Assembly (NCBI GenBank): GCA_024275935.1
Contig: JAJRYF010000064.1
Location: forward strand, 1,098 to 65,097
DNA from: Gammaproteobacteria bacterium
GTDB taxonomy: Bacteria > Pseudomonadota > Gammaproteobacteria > Xanthomonadales > SZUA-36
Length of the DNA: 64,000 bases
Reading direction: 5' to 3'
In this document: positions 1-11,065 of the stretch, piece after piece
How positions within the stretch are numbered: position 1 is the stretch's first letter
Layout: each line of letters begins with the position of its first letter
Made by a program: the position numbers and the translations under genes
Notes under the pieces: model-generated
Seen by the model: only the letters and a program-made list of their open reading frames with translations
Told to the model about the DNA's origin: nothing
Databases searched by the model: none

Positions 1-2329
1 CCTCATTTTCTGTAGCAAAAGAGAATACCGTCGAAACCTGATTACCACAGGGATTAACTGCTGTTACCCTCCAGTAATAAGTTGTATTCAGATTCAGTGC
101 ACTGCCTAGGGCATGTGAAGTTGTGCTTATCCCAGTTGCGGCCACCACAATATTTACAAACGCTGGGTCGGTCGCCACCTCTAGAGTGTAAGTTAAGGCC
201 TGACTAGCTGAGGACCATACAAAAGTTGGTGACAGACTAGCAACTGTCGAGTTATCGATAGGGGCTGTCAGGGCTAGGCTTGTCGGGAGTGCGGAAAAAG
301 TATTCAAGGTCACATCTTGTGATTCATTATTACTTGGATCACTATCGTCAGTTGCAGTTAAGGTAATCGTGGAACTGCCAAATGCCAAATTATCCAGACC
401 ACTAACTGTGAAGTCACTACTGTTAGCCGGAAAAACCACGCTTGCCGGTGAGAAACTCCCACTCGCACCTGCAGGCACGCCGCTTGAGCTCATATTCGAA
501 GTACCGGTAAAGTTAGGTGACAAGGTTGCGCTGTAAACAACATTAGAAGCCGCAGGAATAGTACAAGCATCAATTACCGAAGGTGTTACAGAAAAACCCA
601 GCGGGCAAGTTGAACCGTATAGGGTGTTACCCAGTTCCAGTGCATCTTTAAGCTGCACCAAACCAAAACCGGTGTGAGGATCCCAGCCTGATCCGTAAGG
701 GGTGCCACTTGCATCATGAGTGCCTGATAAATCTCTGGCACTATCCCGCAATAACTGGCGTAATTGTTTATTGGTGATGCCGGTCGGACCACCACAAGCA
801 TCCCAGGCCCAAGCTATTCCGGCAGCCACCCCAGGAGTTGCCATTGAGGTTCCACTGTTCAAGCCATAACCTCCTGAACACCCAACACAACCAGCACCAT
901 CATCTGATACCACTCTGGTTGGCAAACCAAGTCCGTTGGATTGTAGGAACTGCCCATCAGCTTGGGTGAGGCCAACCCCAGGAATCAAAGCTCCTGATAC
1001 ACAGTTCCCACCACAAGTTGCTCCTAAGGCTCCGGCAGTATTATTATAAATAACTACAGCCTCACCACCATTGGTGGCGACATTATTCATTTTGTCGGCG
1101 AATGTAATCGCGCCCCGTTCACACAGAACTACGCTCCCGTTCCAGTTAGCATTAATATCTCCAGCATCACATAAGCCACCATCTACCAAGGCCTGGGTCA
1201 CATCACCATTAGCCGTCTCTTCAACCAATGTAGCCGCATACTCAGCACCATCATTAGTAACTGTAAACACTGGAACATTAGCATTTGGTGGGCCCGGCAA
1301 TGTGCTGAGCACACTCTCACCACCACCAGATAACTCAACAGTATCCCAAAGCACATCAGCAGGTTGGTTTAGTGGGTCGTAGCTGGTTGCTGGAAATTGG
1401 GAGAAATTCGCAACATTATCACTTTGTCTTAATGCGGCTACAGAAATTACAGCATCATAGCTTGCAGGGTAGCTTTGAGTTGCATTGCCATCATTGCCGG
1501 CTGCGGCGATAGAAATCATATTGTCGTTTTCGTAAATCGAAGTGAATAAATCTCTTTCTGTGGCGCTAAAACCACCACCAAGACTCATACTGATTGCATT
1601 AGCGCCTTCATCTCGACAATAAGTAACAGCTGCGGCTAAATTAGAGTTCCCAGATGACCATAGGCCTGAATTATTAAATATTTTTACAATAATAAGCTCT
1701 GCCCCCCCAGGCATAACTCCAACAACACCGATATTATTGTTTACAGCATTTGCAGTTCCGGCCACATGTGTACCATGCCCATTGCCATCTTCAGTATATA
1801 GTTCACCCGGAATTTGAGACATGCCACTATGGTTGATACCTTGAAAGTCATCGTGTACGGCCCAGAATCCGGAGTCAATAATACAAAACTTCACCCCTGA
1901 TCCATCTGGAGCACCTGCATCAACAATCCCATCCAAGTCACTATCCCAGACTTCCCGGGCTTGAAACTGGTCGATATTCCAGGGGGTTATTTGAGCCTGC
2001 ATTTTATATTCTGGTACTGGTTCTGAAAAAACGACATTAGAAAGGGTAGCCATTGTGCTAACCGCCCCTTCCGGCATTGAAACTGCAAGAGTGTTAATAC
2101 TATCTAAATGATGATCAACCCGGTAACCAGCAGCGCTGGCTGATGCCATAAATGAATCTTTTTTACCAGAGGCATAGCGGATATAAAAAGCTTTACGCTT
2201 AGTATTGTTTGTCTTTAAATGAGATGATTTAGATTTAGTTGATTTTTGATCTGTTTGTAGCTCGACAACAGCGAAGCTGCTAACTGGCAATAAAAATGCT
2301 ATAGCAAGTAAGATCTCTTTTAATTTCAT
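1..2329 (-). CDS. Secreted subtilisin-like (peptidase S8) serine protease with PA-domain insert; C-terminal part runs off the left window edge
   Basis: Absent from the ORF track because it is open at the edge. My minus-strand translation from ATG at 2329 gives a signal peptide (MKLKEILLAIAFLLPVSSFA). Catalytic motifs follow: CIIDSGF (Asp), GHGTHVAGT (His) and NSGTSMATPGVAAG (Ser). A PA-like insert (NWNGSVVLCERGAITFADKMNN..AVVIYNN) lies between His and Ser. Confidence 0.88.
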   Translation of the reverse strand, partial: MKLKEILLAIAFLLPVSSFAVVELQTDQKSTKSKSSHLKTNNTKRKAFYIRYASGKKDSFMASASAAGYRVDHHLDSINTLAVSMPEGAVSTMATLSNVVFSEPVPEYKMQAQITPWNIDQFQAREVWDSDLDGIVDAGAPDGSGVKFCIIDSGFWAVHDDFQGINHSGMSQIPGELYTEDGNGHGTHVAGTANAVNNNIGVVGVMPGGAELIIVKIFNNSGLWSSGNSNLAAAVTYCRDEGANAISMSLGGGFSATERDLFTSIYENDNMISIAAAGNDGNATQSYPASYDAVISVAALRQSDNVANFSQFPATSYDPLNQPADVLWDTVELSGGGESVLSTLPGPPNANVPVFTVTNDGAEYAATLVEETANGDVTQALVDGGLCDAGDINANWNGSVVLCERGAITFADKMNNVATNGGEAVVIYNNTAGALGATCGGNCVSGALIPGVGLTQADGQFLQSNGLGLPTRVVSDDGAGCVGCSGGYGLNSGTSMATPGVAAGIAWAWDACGGPTGITNKQLRQLLRDSARDLSGTHDASGTPYGSGWDPHTGFGLVQLKDALELGNTLYGSTCPLGFSVTPSVIDACTIPAASNVVYSATLSPNFTGTSNMSSSGVPAGASGSFSPASVVFPANSSDFTVSGLDNLAFGSSTITLTATDDSDPSNNESQDVTLNTFSALPTSLALTAPIDNSTVASLSPTFVWSSASQALTYTLEVATDPAFVNIVVAATGISTTSHALGSALNLNTTYYWRVTAVNPCGNQVSTVFSFATENE

Positions 2330-2462
2330 GTGGTTCTCCCCAACCAAAATATATTTATTCTGTGAGTATACCAACTACTTAGAGCTAAGTTTACACAAAC
2401 TTGTGTTTTTCTCTAGAAGCAGCGGTAATCCTCCCTCTTTTAGTTGTCGCCAAAAGTAGAGT

Positions 2463-3030
2463 TTAAGCCGCCATTAATGATGGATACCCACCATTAGCCT
2501 TATGCGGTCGTTCATGATTATAAAACCATAACCACTTTGTTGCATAGTCCTGTGCTTCTTCAAGACTATCGAACAGAAATTTACTTACCCAGCTATATCA
2601 AATCGTTCGGTTGTGTCGCTCAATATAGGCATTCTGCTGTGGCTTTCCTGGCTGAATATAGTCAATCCGTATTTTCCTTTTCTCAGCCCATTCAGTGAAT
2701 TCATGGCTGATAAATCCTGGGCCATTATCACAACGCAGTGCCGCTGGGTTGCCGCGCCACTCAATTAATTGATCGAGTGCGCGGATAACCCGCGTTGATG
2801 GCAATGAAAAGCCTGCTTCAATGGCAAGCCCTTCACGCTTGAAGTCATCGATAACATTGAACAGCCTAAAATTTCGGCCATCAGCCAACTGATCATGCAT
2901 AAAATCTATTGACCATATCTGATTGGGCTTAATCGGGTTTTTAAGTGGCTCAGGCTTATTCCTTTTGAGCCGGCGTTTAGGTTTTATCCGCAGGTTAAGG
3001 TCCAGCTCACAATAAATCCGATAAATACAG
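2463..3030 (-). pseudogene. IS3-family transposase OrfB (DDE/rve) remnant, 5'-truncated and frameshifted
   Basis: ORF 2598..2900 reads [28 protein letters not shown]...[11 protein letters not shown]...[21 protein letters not shown], typical of IS3 OrfB. Upstream in frame is [36 protein letters not shown], with no OrfA or start. The C-terminus (YSWVSKFLFDSLEEAQDYATKWLWFYNHERPHKANGG) continues in a different frame after 2598. Confidence 0.8.
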
Positions 3031-3305
3031 CCACATAATCACTGCGAAGGGCTAAAAAGCTTATTGTTTTGAGCTAATTGACTCGCTACCTTGTGTAGTC
3101 ATCACTGGCTTTCACTCGTGACAAAATCGGAAATGCTTCTGCCAAGTGACTGTCCTGTACCCATCCTGTACCCGCCTGGGGCGATAAAACAAAAAAATCT
3201 CAACGAACACTCAGCTATCCGCATCATGTTTGTAGCCAGCAAGACACAAAGTTAACGCAACACCACTCCATTAACTACGAGAAACAAGGATTGCTCAAAA
3301 CTCCT

Positions 3306-4247
3306 TTACTGAATCTTGCGATCTTCTATCCAGAATATCTCGATAATTTCACTGCCTGATAAAGTTCTGGGTACAATATAATCAACCTGTGGCTGATAAC
3401 CGAGCGTTGAGCGCGGATGATGTTTGATTTTGCCACCGACAACCTTAAAATCATAAGAGCGTAATGAAATTTTGTCTGACATACGGACCACACGAAGTTC
3501 ATAAATACCATCAACCAACCAGTCTTTTTCAAGGAAGTTTTTCGTTTTGTATTCCTTGCCTGCATCATGCGGCATATAGAGCGTTGAACGCTGCTCCTTA
3601 AAGTGCCCTTCCATGATGACACCTGCGCTACGTTTGCTGTGTGCAACCAGTTTGCCGTCACGGAACAACACCAGCATCCACGCATCACGTTTTTTACCTT
3701 CAGGCAGGTCAACACCTCCTACCCAGAAGCGCACTTCTGGAAAAGCCTCGTCGTCCATGTACCGATCCATTGTAATATAAGCAAAAGTTCGCCAGTAACC
3801 ATCAAAACGATAGGTTCTCTGAGGATTAAACGGGTCGTTGCCGGCTGATGCCTGCTCCAGCTTGAACGGCAGACGCGTAACCGGCTGGCCATCAACCAGA
3901 TAAACAATGGAATAAATGCCCGGTTTAGCCAGGGTAATATCTGCAGAATTTTGTGCCCGCGCCCTGGCAAAAACACCATTTCTGACGGTGTATTCATCAA
4001 AATAATTATAACTGCCAATTACGGTACTATTGGCATCGACAACAGTAACCTGACCTTTGAATTTTCCTTCCGGAGCAAATGCCAGCCAATTATCGGTAAA
4101 GGTAATATGTCCGGATGAGTCGCTGAAATAAGTATTCAGCGCATCGGTATACATAAAAGCTGGTGAGTTTTGTTGCGCGTACAAGGGATTGAGGATTGTT
4201 AGCGACAGGCAAAAAAAAGTAAAAAGTGTTTTGTGCAGTTTCATCAT
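3306..4247 (-). CDS. Hypothetical secreted protein (313 aa)
   Basis: Long ORF with an N-terminal signal peptide (MMKLHKTLFTFFCLSLTILNPLYAQQ). I recognise no family motif. It sits between two IS remnants. Confidence 0.6.
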   Translation of the reverse strand: MMKLHKTLFTFFCLSLTILNPLYAQQNSPAFMYTDALNTYFSDSSGHITFTDNWLAFAPEGKFKGQVTVVDANSTVIGSYNYFDEYTVRNGVFARARAQNSADITLAKPGIYSIVYLVDGQPVTRLPFKLEQASAGNDPFNPQRTYRFDGYWRTFAYITMDRYMDDEAFPEVRFWVGGVDLPEGKKRDAWMLVLFRDGKLVAHSKRSAGVIMEGHFKEQRSTLYMPHDAGKEYKTKNFLEKDWLVDGIYELRVVRMSDKISLRSYDFKVVGGKIKHHPRSTLGYQPQVDYIVPRTLSGSEIIEIFWIEDRKIQ

Positions 4248-4339
4248 GTTTAGGCAATTCCTTTTGAAATATCGGAAGAACTATTATCAGTAGGCAAAAT
4301 ATAAAACGATTTATAATCCAAGTCAAACAAAAGCCTTGT

Positions 4340-5145
4340 CCAACATGAAATGAGTCTCAAATAGTCCAAACTGTTCATAATCACATGATGAGAACGATTA
4401 TGACGATAAAGAACTTAAATACGATTGAAGCCTTTCTTCAAGGCAACCAGCCTGTGGCCCTTTCTGTTTTGGGAAATAAGACAGAACGCTACAACTTTAT
4501 ACGCAAAACGCTGGTCAAAATCAGCTATATGACCCGGACGAAAAAAGACAAGGGCATCGTCATTCGATACCTATTGAAAATGACCGGGTACTCACGCCAG
4601 CAACTGGCACGCCTTATGATCATGCCGTTAAGAAGCTCTGTGAGTGCGCACATCAGGTGTTTAATGATCAAGCCTATGTGAATCCATCAGAAATCTCTGT
4701 TTCTCACCTCTATAACCTCAGAAGTTCCGACCCTTACAAACGGCAGCGTCGAACCTTCACAAAAACGCAATCACGGCAGGTGTCTATTGGCGAAAGAAGA
4801 AAGCCTCAGGCTAACGGAAAACCCGGTTACATGCGCATTGATACAGTTCATCAGGGTGATCAGGACAGGGTAAAGAGCGTATATCATATCAATGCGGTTG
4901 ATGAAGTGACACAGTTTGAAATCGTCTGCTCGGTGGAAAAAATCAGTGAACAATATTTGCTACCTGCGCTCGAAGAGATGCTGAAATCACCTTTGCGATT
5001 CTGGATGAACGCGCCATGAAAATAAGCGATAATGAAGCTGCAGATCGCCTACAACAAGCTAGGCAAAAGCTATTTTGCTTGATTTTCAAGCAAGATAAAA
5101 CCGGTTGAACGATTTGAGCTGTTTCAGACTCATTTGTTAATTGGA
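4340..5145 (+). mobile_element. Internally deleted IS element that retains both terminal inverted repeats
   Basis: Left end AAATGAGTCTCAAATAGTCCAAA (4348..4370) matches the reverse complement of the right end GATTTGAGCTGTTTCAGACTCATTT (5111..5135). Only about 0.8 kb lies between them, holding fragmented transposase reading frames. Confidence 0.6.
4385..5107 (+). pseudogene. Integrase-core (rve/DDE) transposase, frameshifted and internally deleted
   Basis: ORFs 4385..4681 and 4657..5019 are in different frames. The second contains RIDTVHQGDQDRVKSVYHINAVDEVTQFE, an rve-type catalytic-core signature. A short C-terminal tail follows in a third frame to the TGA at 5105..5107. The total is far too short for an intact transposase. 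Confidence 0.65.
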
Positions 5146-5195
5146 AAATACTGAAGCAAATTTGCGTTTGCAGGTAGATTCCGAATCAAGCAAGT

Positions 5196-5975
5196 TTATA
5201 TTTGATAATCAAAGTCTATAATCAACGGCGCATGGTCAGAAAACCTTTCTTCTTTATAAATTGATGCACTTGAAATTTTATCCCCCAATGACTGGCTAAC
5301 CACCTGATAATCCAACCGCCACCCAGTATTATTTACCCATGCCTGCCCTCTATTCGACCACCAGGTATATTGATGCTCGCGGGCATCAACCTGACGGAAG
5401 GCATCGACCATACCAAGGCCATCGTTGGCATATAGTTTGTCCATCCAGGCGCGCTCTTCTGGCAAAAATCCAGAGTTCTTTTGATTGGCGCGCCAGTTTT
5501 TTATATCGATTTTTTTATGCGCAATATTCCAGTCGCCACAAATCACTACATCCCTGCCCTTGCTTGCCAATTGCTTAATTACTGGCTCTAATTTCCCCAT
5601 AGAGTCATACTTGAGCAACTGACGCTCTTCCTTGGACGAACCTGAGGGCATATAAACAGAAATAACAGTCAGATTCCCAATTTCCAGCTGCAACCAGCGG
5701 CCTTCATTATCAAACCAGTCTATACCAACTCCATATTGCACCTCATCTGGTGTATGCGGGGTATAAATGGCAGTGCCACTGTAACCCTTCTTTTCAGCAT
5801 CAAAGAAATATACATTTTGACCTTCAGGGTGAAATATTTTATCGCCAAGTTGGTGTTCCTGAGCCTTGGTTTCCTGAATACAGACAAAGTCGGCCTGTTG
5901 CAGCGCTAACCAGTCAAAAAAACCTTTTCGGGCAGCGGCGCGAATACCATTGGTGTTGACGGAAATAATGCGCAT
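5196..5975 (-). CDS. xthA: Exodeoxyribonuclease III
   Basis: MRIISVNTNGIRAA...FVCIQETK...SDHAPLIIDF is a typical ExoIII/AP endonuclease family sequence. The start overlaps the upstream stop by 1 nt. Confidence 0.9.
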   Translation of the reverse strand: MRIISVNTNGIRAAARKGFFDWLALQQADFVCIQETKAQEHQLGDKIFHPEGQNVYFFDAEKKGYSGTAIYTPHTPDEVQYGVGIDWFDNEGRWLQLEIGNLTVISVYMPSGSSKEERQLLKYDSMGKLEPVIKQLASKGRDVVICGDWNIAHKKIDIKNWRANQKNSGFLPEERAWMDKLYANDGLGMVDAFRQVDAREHQYTWWSNRGQAWVNNTGWRLDYQVVSQSLGDKISSASIYKEERFSDHAPLIIDFDYQI

Positions 5976-7792
5976 TATTTACTAGCCTCAAGTATATATT
6001 TATCCACCTGTTGCTCAACCAGCGTTAGTGGCAAGCCACCATTGGTTAGAACCGCGTCATGGAAAGCGCGAATATCAAACTTTTTGCCCAGCTCTTGCCT
6101 AGCCTGTTGGCGTAATTCAAGGATTTTTAACATCCCGACTTTATACGCCAAGGCCTGACCTGGCATTACCAAATAGCGTTCAATTTCAGCAACCACCTCA
6201 ATTTTCGGCATTCCGGTTTTTTCTAACATATACCTGATTGCCCGTTCTCGCGACCAGCGTTTTTTGTGCAAACCTGTATCTACCACCAGGCGCACTGCTC
6301 GGAACATCTCCGCTTGTAAACGACCGAGGTTATTTAAGGGGTCTTCCAACATGCCCATTTCGAAGGCTAATTGCTCCGAATACAGAGCCCAGCCTTCTGA
6401 GAATGCTGTGAAGGGCAAGAAATTTCTAAACATCGGTACGCCCTCTATTTCCAGGGCGATGGCCAATTGCAGGTGATGTCCGGGTATGGCTTCGTGATAA
6501 GCCAAGGTTGGCATTCCCCATCGAGTGATACCAGTTACATCACGCAAGTTGGCGTAGAAGATTCCCGGCTGGGAACCATCCATTGTTGGTGGGGTGTAAT
6601 ACGCACCTGGGGCGGTATCTTGTTTGAACTCAGGGATTCGCTCTACTTTCACCGGCGCCTTGGGCAAAGTAGCAAACCAATCAGGTAACTTAACTGTGAT
6701 CTCATCAATCAACTGTTGGTAATCTTGTAGAATCTGCGTGGCTGAAGCCTCACCAGCTGGATACAAATACTGCATATTTTTAGATAACACTTGCACCCGC
6801 TCGCCAATACTTCCATCACACAAGTTTTGCGCGCATAGTATGCGCTCCATTTGTGCTTCAATTCGTTTAACTTCAGCCTTGCCAATTTTATGGATCTGAT
6901 CTGCAGACATATTAGTGGTGGTGTTAGTACGCACTTGTAACGCATAAAATTCATCACCATCTGGTAGCGACCAGACACCGTGATTTGTTGTGGCCCTTGG
7001 TTTAAGTGCCTGGAAATATTTAATTAACTGGCGATAAGCAGGAACTACGCTGATGCGAATTGCGTTGTCTGCTCTTAGCAATAAAGATTTGCGCACATCC
7101 GCATCCAGCTCAGTTAGCTTGGCTAGTTTTTCGTTAAACCCCGTGTGTAGAATATTCTTATCTAGAGGTTGATCGATAAAATTACGCATCTCTTTGAGCA
7201 CTTTCTGCACCACAAATTTTGGTGGAATAATGCCCTTCTCTTCTCTCAGTTTCAGCCCCTTTAAAACCCCTGCAAATTTTTCATCAAACTGGTTTAGTCT
7301 GGCGATATAATCCTCTGCCTCACGCTGAGATGTGACCTGGTGCTGGGTTGCCATAAAAGTTGGTAAATTACTTTGCACACCAAACATCTGGTTAACCGGG
7401 TAATTGTGGTACATATATGGTTCACTAGCCACTATACTTCCCAAAAACCAACTTAAAACATCGTAAGAAAGCCGCTCATCTGCTGACATTTTATCGGTGC
7501 TATAAGATTGTAACTGCGCCAGATTGCGCCTGGTGATTGCGGCATCTTCCACAGCTCTGGCAGGACTGGAATCTGATAGCTTATCGTTTTTATAGTGCAG
7601 ACCCAGAGGCTCTAACAACCTCATACTGGAAAGCATTTCCGGGTTTCTGAACATGAATTCTATAAAGACCTTGTTATAAAACAATCCCAAACTCAGTGGC
7701 TTGAAATAAATGGTATGCACAAGCAACGCACTTAATAACAAGACCACCGCAGCAAAACCCAAACCCAGCCACTTAAATAGTTTTTTAATCAT
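5975..7792 (-). CDS. DUF885-family protein (metallopeptidase-like HExxPGHH motif), membrane-anchored or secreted
   Basis: 605 aa with an N-terminal hydrophobic segment and the HEAIPGHHLQ motif characteristic of DUF885. Confidence 0.8.
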   Translation of the reverse strand: MIKKLFKWLGLGFAAVVLLLSALLVHTIYFKPLSLGLFYNKVFIEFMFRNPEMLSSMRLLEPLGLHYKNDKLSDSSPARAVEDAAITRRNLAQLQSYSTDKMSADERLSYDVLSWFLGSIVASEPYMYHNYPVNQMFGVQSNLPTFMATQHQVTSQREAEDYIARLNQFDEKFAGVLKGLKLREEKGIIPPKFVVQKVLKEMRNFIDQPLDKNILHTGFNEKLAKLTELDADVRKSLLLRADNAIRISVVPAYRQLIKYFQALKPRATTNHGVWSLPDGDEFYALQVRTNTTTNMSADQIHKIGKAEVKRIEAQMERILCAQNLCDGSIGERVQVLSKNMQYLYPAGEASATQILQDYQQLIDEITVKLPDWFATLPKAPVKVERIPEFKQDTAPGAYYTPPTMDGSQPGIFYANLRDVTGITRWGMPTLAYHEAIPGHHLQLAIALEIEGVPMFRNFLPFTAFSEGWALYSEQLAFEMGMLEDPLNNLGRLQAEMFRAVRLVVDTGLHKKRWSRERAIRYMLEKTGMPKIEVVAEIERYLVMPGQALAYKVGMLKILELRQQARQELGKKFDIRAFHDAVLTNGGLPLTLVEQQVDKYILEASK

Positions 7793-7793
7793 C

Positions 7794-9473
7794 TTATTGC
7801 CCGCGCTTGGCCCATGAATCCCTGAGGCTAACGGTGCGATTTAACACCGGCTTGTCGGCAGTGGAATCTTTTGAGTCAAAACAAAAATACCCGACCCGTT
7901 CAAACTGGAAGTTCTCGCCCCCAGCAAATACTGATGGTTCGACAATCGCTTGAGCCTTGCTCAGACAATCGGGATTAATGAACTCCTGAAAATCTCGTTG
8001 CTTATCTGCCAGCGGATTTTCCACATTAAATAAACGATCGTAAAGGCGCACTTCTGCGGCAACTCCATGCTCGGCTGAAACCCAGTGAATAGTGCCCTTT
8101 ACCCGCCGATTTGACTCCGGCATACCGCTGCGGGTTTGCGGGTCAAGCTCACATCGTATCTCTACTATTTCGCCATTTTCATCTTTCATCAGTTCAACAA
8201 ACTTGATAATAAAAGCATTACGCAACCGTACTTCGCCGCCAGGCTTGAGACGGAAATACTTGCGCACCGGCTCTTCCATAAAGTCGCCGCGTTCAATATA
8301 AATTTCCCGGGTAATTGGCACCTTGCGCTTGCCCATTGATTCATCCTGGGGATGGCGCGCCGCTTCCAACCATTCGGTCTCACCTTCAGGGAAATTCAAC
8401 AACACAATTTTCAGCGGGTCCAAAACCCCCATAGCCCGTGGAGCTGTTTGATTGAGCTCATTGCGAACTTCATTTTCCAACACCCCTAAAGGAATGATCG
8501 ATTCTGATTTTGTAACGCCAATTAGTTCCGCAAAATTGCGAATTGCCTGGGGTGGATAACCACGCCTACGCATGGCCGCTAGTGTCGGCATACGCGGGTC
8601 ATCCCAGCCATCTACCAGGCCTTCATCCACTAGCAATTTCAGGCGCCGCTTACTCATTACCGTGTAGTCAAGGTTTAGGCGAGCAAATTCAATTTGCTGT
8701 GGGTGGGCAGCAATTGAAATATTGTCCAATACCCAGTCATATAGCGGGCGATGATCTTCAAACTCCAAGGTGCATAATGAATGGGTAATACCCTCAATTG
8801 CATCCGAGATGCAGTGAGCAAAATCGTACATGGGATAAATATGCCAGGCATCACCAGTGCGCTGATGTGGAATGTTACGGATGCGATAAATCGCTGGATC
8901 ACGCATTTTGATATTCGGGGAAGCCATATCAATTTTTGCCCGTAGCACATAAGCACCATCTGGGAATTCCCCCGTACGCATCCGTGCAAACAGGTCCAGT
9001 GACTCTTCCTGTGGGCGCTCACGCCAAGGGCTTGGGCGACCAGCCTCCGTCAAGGTTCCCCGATATTCACGCATTTCATCAGCAGATAATTCTTCTACAT
9101 AGGCTTTGCCAGCCGTAATCAACTCAACTGCATAGTCATAGAATCTCTCAAAGTAGTCAGATGCGTGACAAAGCTCGTCCCATTGATAACCTAACCAGCG
9201 AATATCGGCCTCTATTGCCCGGGCGTACACTTCTTCCTCTTTAGCGGGATTGGTATCATCAAAACGCAAATTTGTCAGGCCGGAAAACTCCCTAGCCAGC
9301 TCGAAGTTCAAGCAAATGGCCTTGGCGTGCCCTATATGCAAGTAGCCATTTGGCTCTGGCGGAAACCGGGTTTTTATACTTTGATGTTTACCCGAACTCA
9401 AGTCAGCAATCACAATATTACGAATAAAGTGACTTACTTTGGTTTTCTCATCGGTGCTGGAATCTGTGCTCAT
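7794..9473 (-). CDS. glnS: Glutaminyl-tRNA synthetase
   Basis: Class I aaRS signatures HIGH (YLHIGHAKA) and KMSKS-like (VMSKR). Length 559 aa, with GlnRS-like sequence throughout. Confidence 0.95.
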   Translation of the reverse strand: MSTDSSTDEKTKVSHFIRNIVIADLSSGKHQSIKTRFPPEPNGYLHIGHAKAICLNFELAREFSGLTNLRFDDTNPAKEEEVYARAIEADIRWLGYQWDELCHASDYFERFYDYAVELITAGKAYVEELSADEMREYRGTLTEAGRPSPWRERPQEESLDLFARMRTGEFPDGAYVLRAKIDMASPNIKMRDPAIYRIRNIPHQRTGDAWHIYPMYDFAHCISDAIEGITHSLCTLEFEDHRPLYDWVLDNISIAAHPQQIEFARLNLDYTVMSKRRLKLLVDEGLVDGWDDPRMPTLAAMRRRGYPPQAIRNFAELIGVTKSESIIPLGVLENEVRNELNQTAPRAMGVLDPLKIVLLNFPEGETEWLEAARHPQDESMGKRKVPITREIYIERGDFMEEPVRKYFRLKPGGEVRLRNAFIIKFVELMKDENGEIVEIRCELDPQTRSGMPESNRRVKGTIHWVSAEHGVAAEVRLYDRLFNVENPLADKQRDFQEFINPDCLSKAQAIVEPSVFAGGENFQFERVGYFCFDSKDSTADKPVLNRTVSLRDSWAKRGQ

Positions 9474-9613
9474 GCTGTTCTACTCGGTGATTAATTTCAG
9501 GCTAAATTTGGCTTTTGACTGTATTAGGTGTAAATTCTATCGCATCACTCGCATCTGTGGTGCGAAAAAACAAGATAAAATCAAATAAAACCTTACCACT
9601 ATTGGGAAAATAC

Positions 9614-10888
9614 ATGTCATATAGTAATCTGAGCCTTAGCGCCAAAATTTTTATCGCCATGATAACCGGACTTATATTGGGACTAACCCTCCAATATGGC
9701 CTTGGTAGCCCCGAGTGGGGGGAAACTTGGCTTACTGGCGGAATATTTTTCGTTATCGGTAAGATATTTATCAACCTGCTCAAAATGCTGGTTGTACCAC
9801 TGGTGTTCGTGTCGCTGGTTACCGGGACTTCTGCACTTTCAGACCCTGCCAGCCTTGGTCGTATTGGCTTTAAAACCCTGGGGTTATATTTACTAACCAC
9901 TGGAATCGCGGTCACTATGGCTTTATTCGCCGCGGTAATTTTCAAACCTGGCTTAGGGGCAGAGCCCGCGGCGGCGATGCTTAAAGACTTGCCGGCAAAT
10001 AAAAGTTTTGCTCAAGTGCTGATAGAAATCGTTCCCACCAACCCAATTAGTGCTATGGCAGAAGGCCAGATGCTGCCAATTATATTATTTGCGGTTTTGC
10101 TTGGCGTTGCAATCACATACAGCGGCAAAGCTGGTGAGCGCATGAGTGGATTTTTTAAAGACCTAAATGCAGTTATCATGATGCTAGTAACTTTTGTTAT
10201 GAAAACCGCCCCACTTGGAGTGTTTGCCTTGATCTTCACGCTGGGAGCTACCCTTGATTTGGCCGAGTTCTCCAAGGTCGCCAAATATATTGTTCTAGTA
10301 CTGGCAGTGCTATTGGTTCACGGACTGGTTGTCTACCCCTCTATTCTGGTTCTGCTTAGCGGTTTAAACCCGATCACTTTCCTGAAGAAAATGCGCCCGG
10401 CAATGATGTTCGCATTCTCTACCGCATCTTCCAATGCCACCATCCCAGTCACCATGGAAACTATAGCAAATCGCGTTGGCGTTAACAACAAAGTGGCCTC
10501 GTTTACTATCCCCATGGGAGCTACTATCAATATGGATGGCACCGCCATCATGCAGGGTATAGCTACCGGCTTTATTGCCCAGTTCTACGGTATAGATTTA
10601 ACCATCTCTCAATACCTGATGATTGTGGTTATGATCATAATGGCTTCAATCGGCACTGCTGGTGTGCCGAGTGTCGGCCTGGTAATTCTGGCTGGTGTAT
10701 TGGCTAATGTCGGCCTACCAGTGGAAGGAATCGCTCTGATTCTAGGAGTTGACCGCCTACTGGATATGACCCGTACCGCTGTTAATATTACCGGCGATGC
10801 TACAGTCACAACTATAGTTGCCAAGTCCGAGAATGAACTTGATCTTGAGGTGTTCAATAACCCGCTGGCAGGGCAAGAAACCAAGTAA
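9614..10888 (+). CDS. Dicarboxylate/amino acid:cation symporter (DAACS family, GltP/SstT-like)
   Basis: Polytopic membrane protein with family motifs (FSTASSNATIPVTME, GATINMDGTA, DRLLDMTRTAVNITGD). I moved the start to the ATG at 9614 (MSYSNLSLSAKIF...). The upstream track extension overlaps the divergent promoter region. Confidence 0.9.
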   Translation: MSYSNLSLSAKIFIAMITGLILGLTLQYGLGSPEWGETWLTGGIFFVIGKIFINLLKMLVVPLVFVSLVTGTSALSDPASLGRIGFKTLGLYLLTTGIAVTMALFAAVIFKPGLGAEPAAAMLKDLPANKSFAQVLIEIVPTNPISAMAEGQMLPIILFAVLLGVAITYSGKAGERMSGFFKDLNAVIMMLVTFVMKTAPLGVFALIFTLGATLDLAEFSKVAKYIVLVLAVLLVHGLVVYPSILVLLSGLNPITFLKKMRPAMMFAFSTASSNATIPVTMETIANRVGVNNKVASFTIPMGATINMDGTAIMQGIATGFIAQFYGIDLTISQYLMIVVMIIMASIGTAGVPSVGLVILAGVLANVGLPVEGIALILGVDRLLDMTRTAVNITGDATVTTIVAKSENELDLEVFNNPLAGQETK

Positions 10889-11024
10889 GCTTGTAAGTTG
10901 GGGTGAAGAATAAGCCCCAATAATAATACGAAGCAAATGCGTGCGCTGTGCAGGTGAGCTGGAACTAGCGCAGATTAACCCTTGTCGGCTTTAAGCCGGT
11001 ATCTCCTGAAGGATGGTGTAACCC

Positions 11025-11065
11025 TTAACGAGATCCCGGCTCGGGGGCCGGGACGACGATATATT
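11025..11065. repeat. Possible degenerate short copy of the GC-rich intergenic repeat family
   Basis: GATCCCGGCTCGGGGGCCGGGACGACG resembles the family core GGATTCCGGGTTCGGCTATTCGCCGCCCCGGAACGACG but has the loop deleted. It lies between convergent genes. Confidence 0.35.

Noticed and set aside
586-1382. Track ORFs 586..801(-) and 1071..1382(+)
   Set aside because: Both sit inside the long edge-open S8 protease reading frame, one in an alternative frame and one antisense. The protease frame carries unambiguous catalytic motifs.
3140-3185. Local repeat CCTGTACCC-ATC-CTGTACCCGCC in the spacer next to the truncated IS3 remnant
   Set aside because: There are only two short copies and no match to any IS terminus, attC, tRNA or intron structure that I can recognise. 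It is probably debris from the event that truncated the IS.
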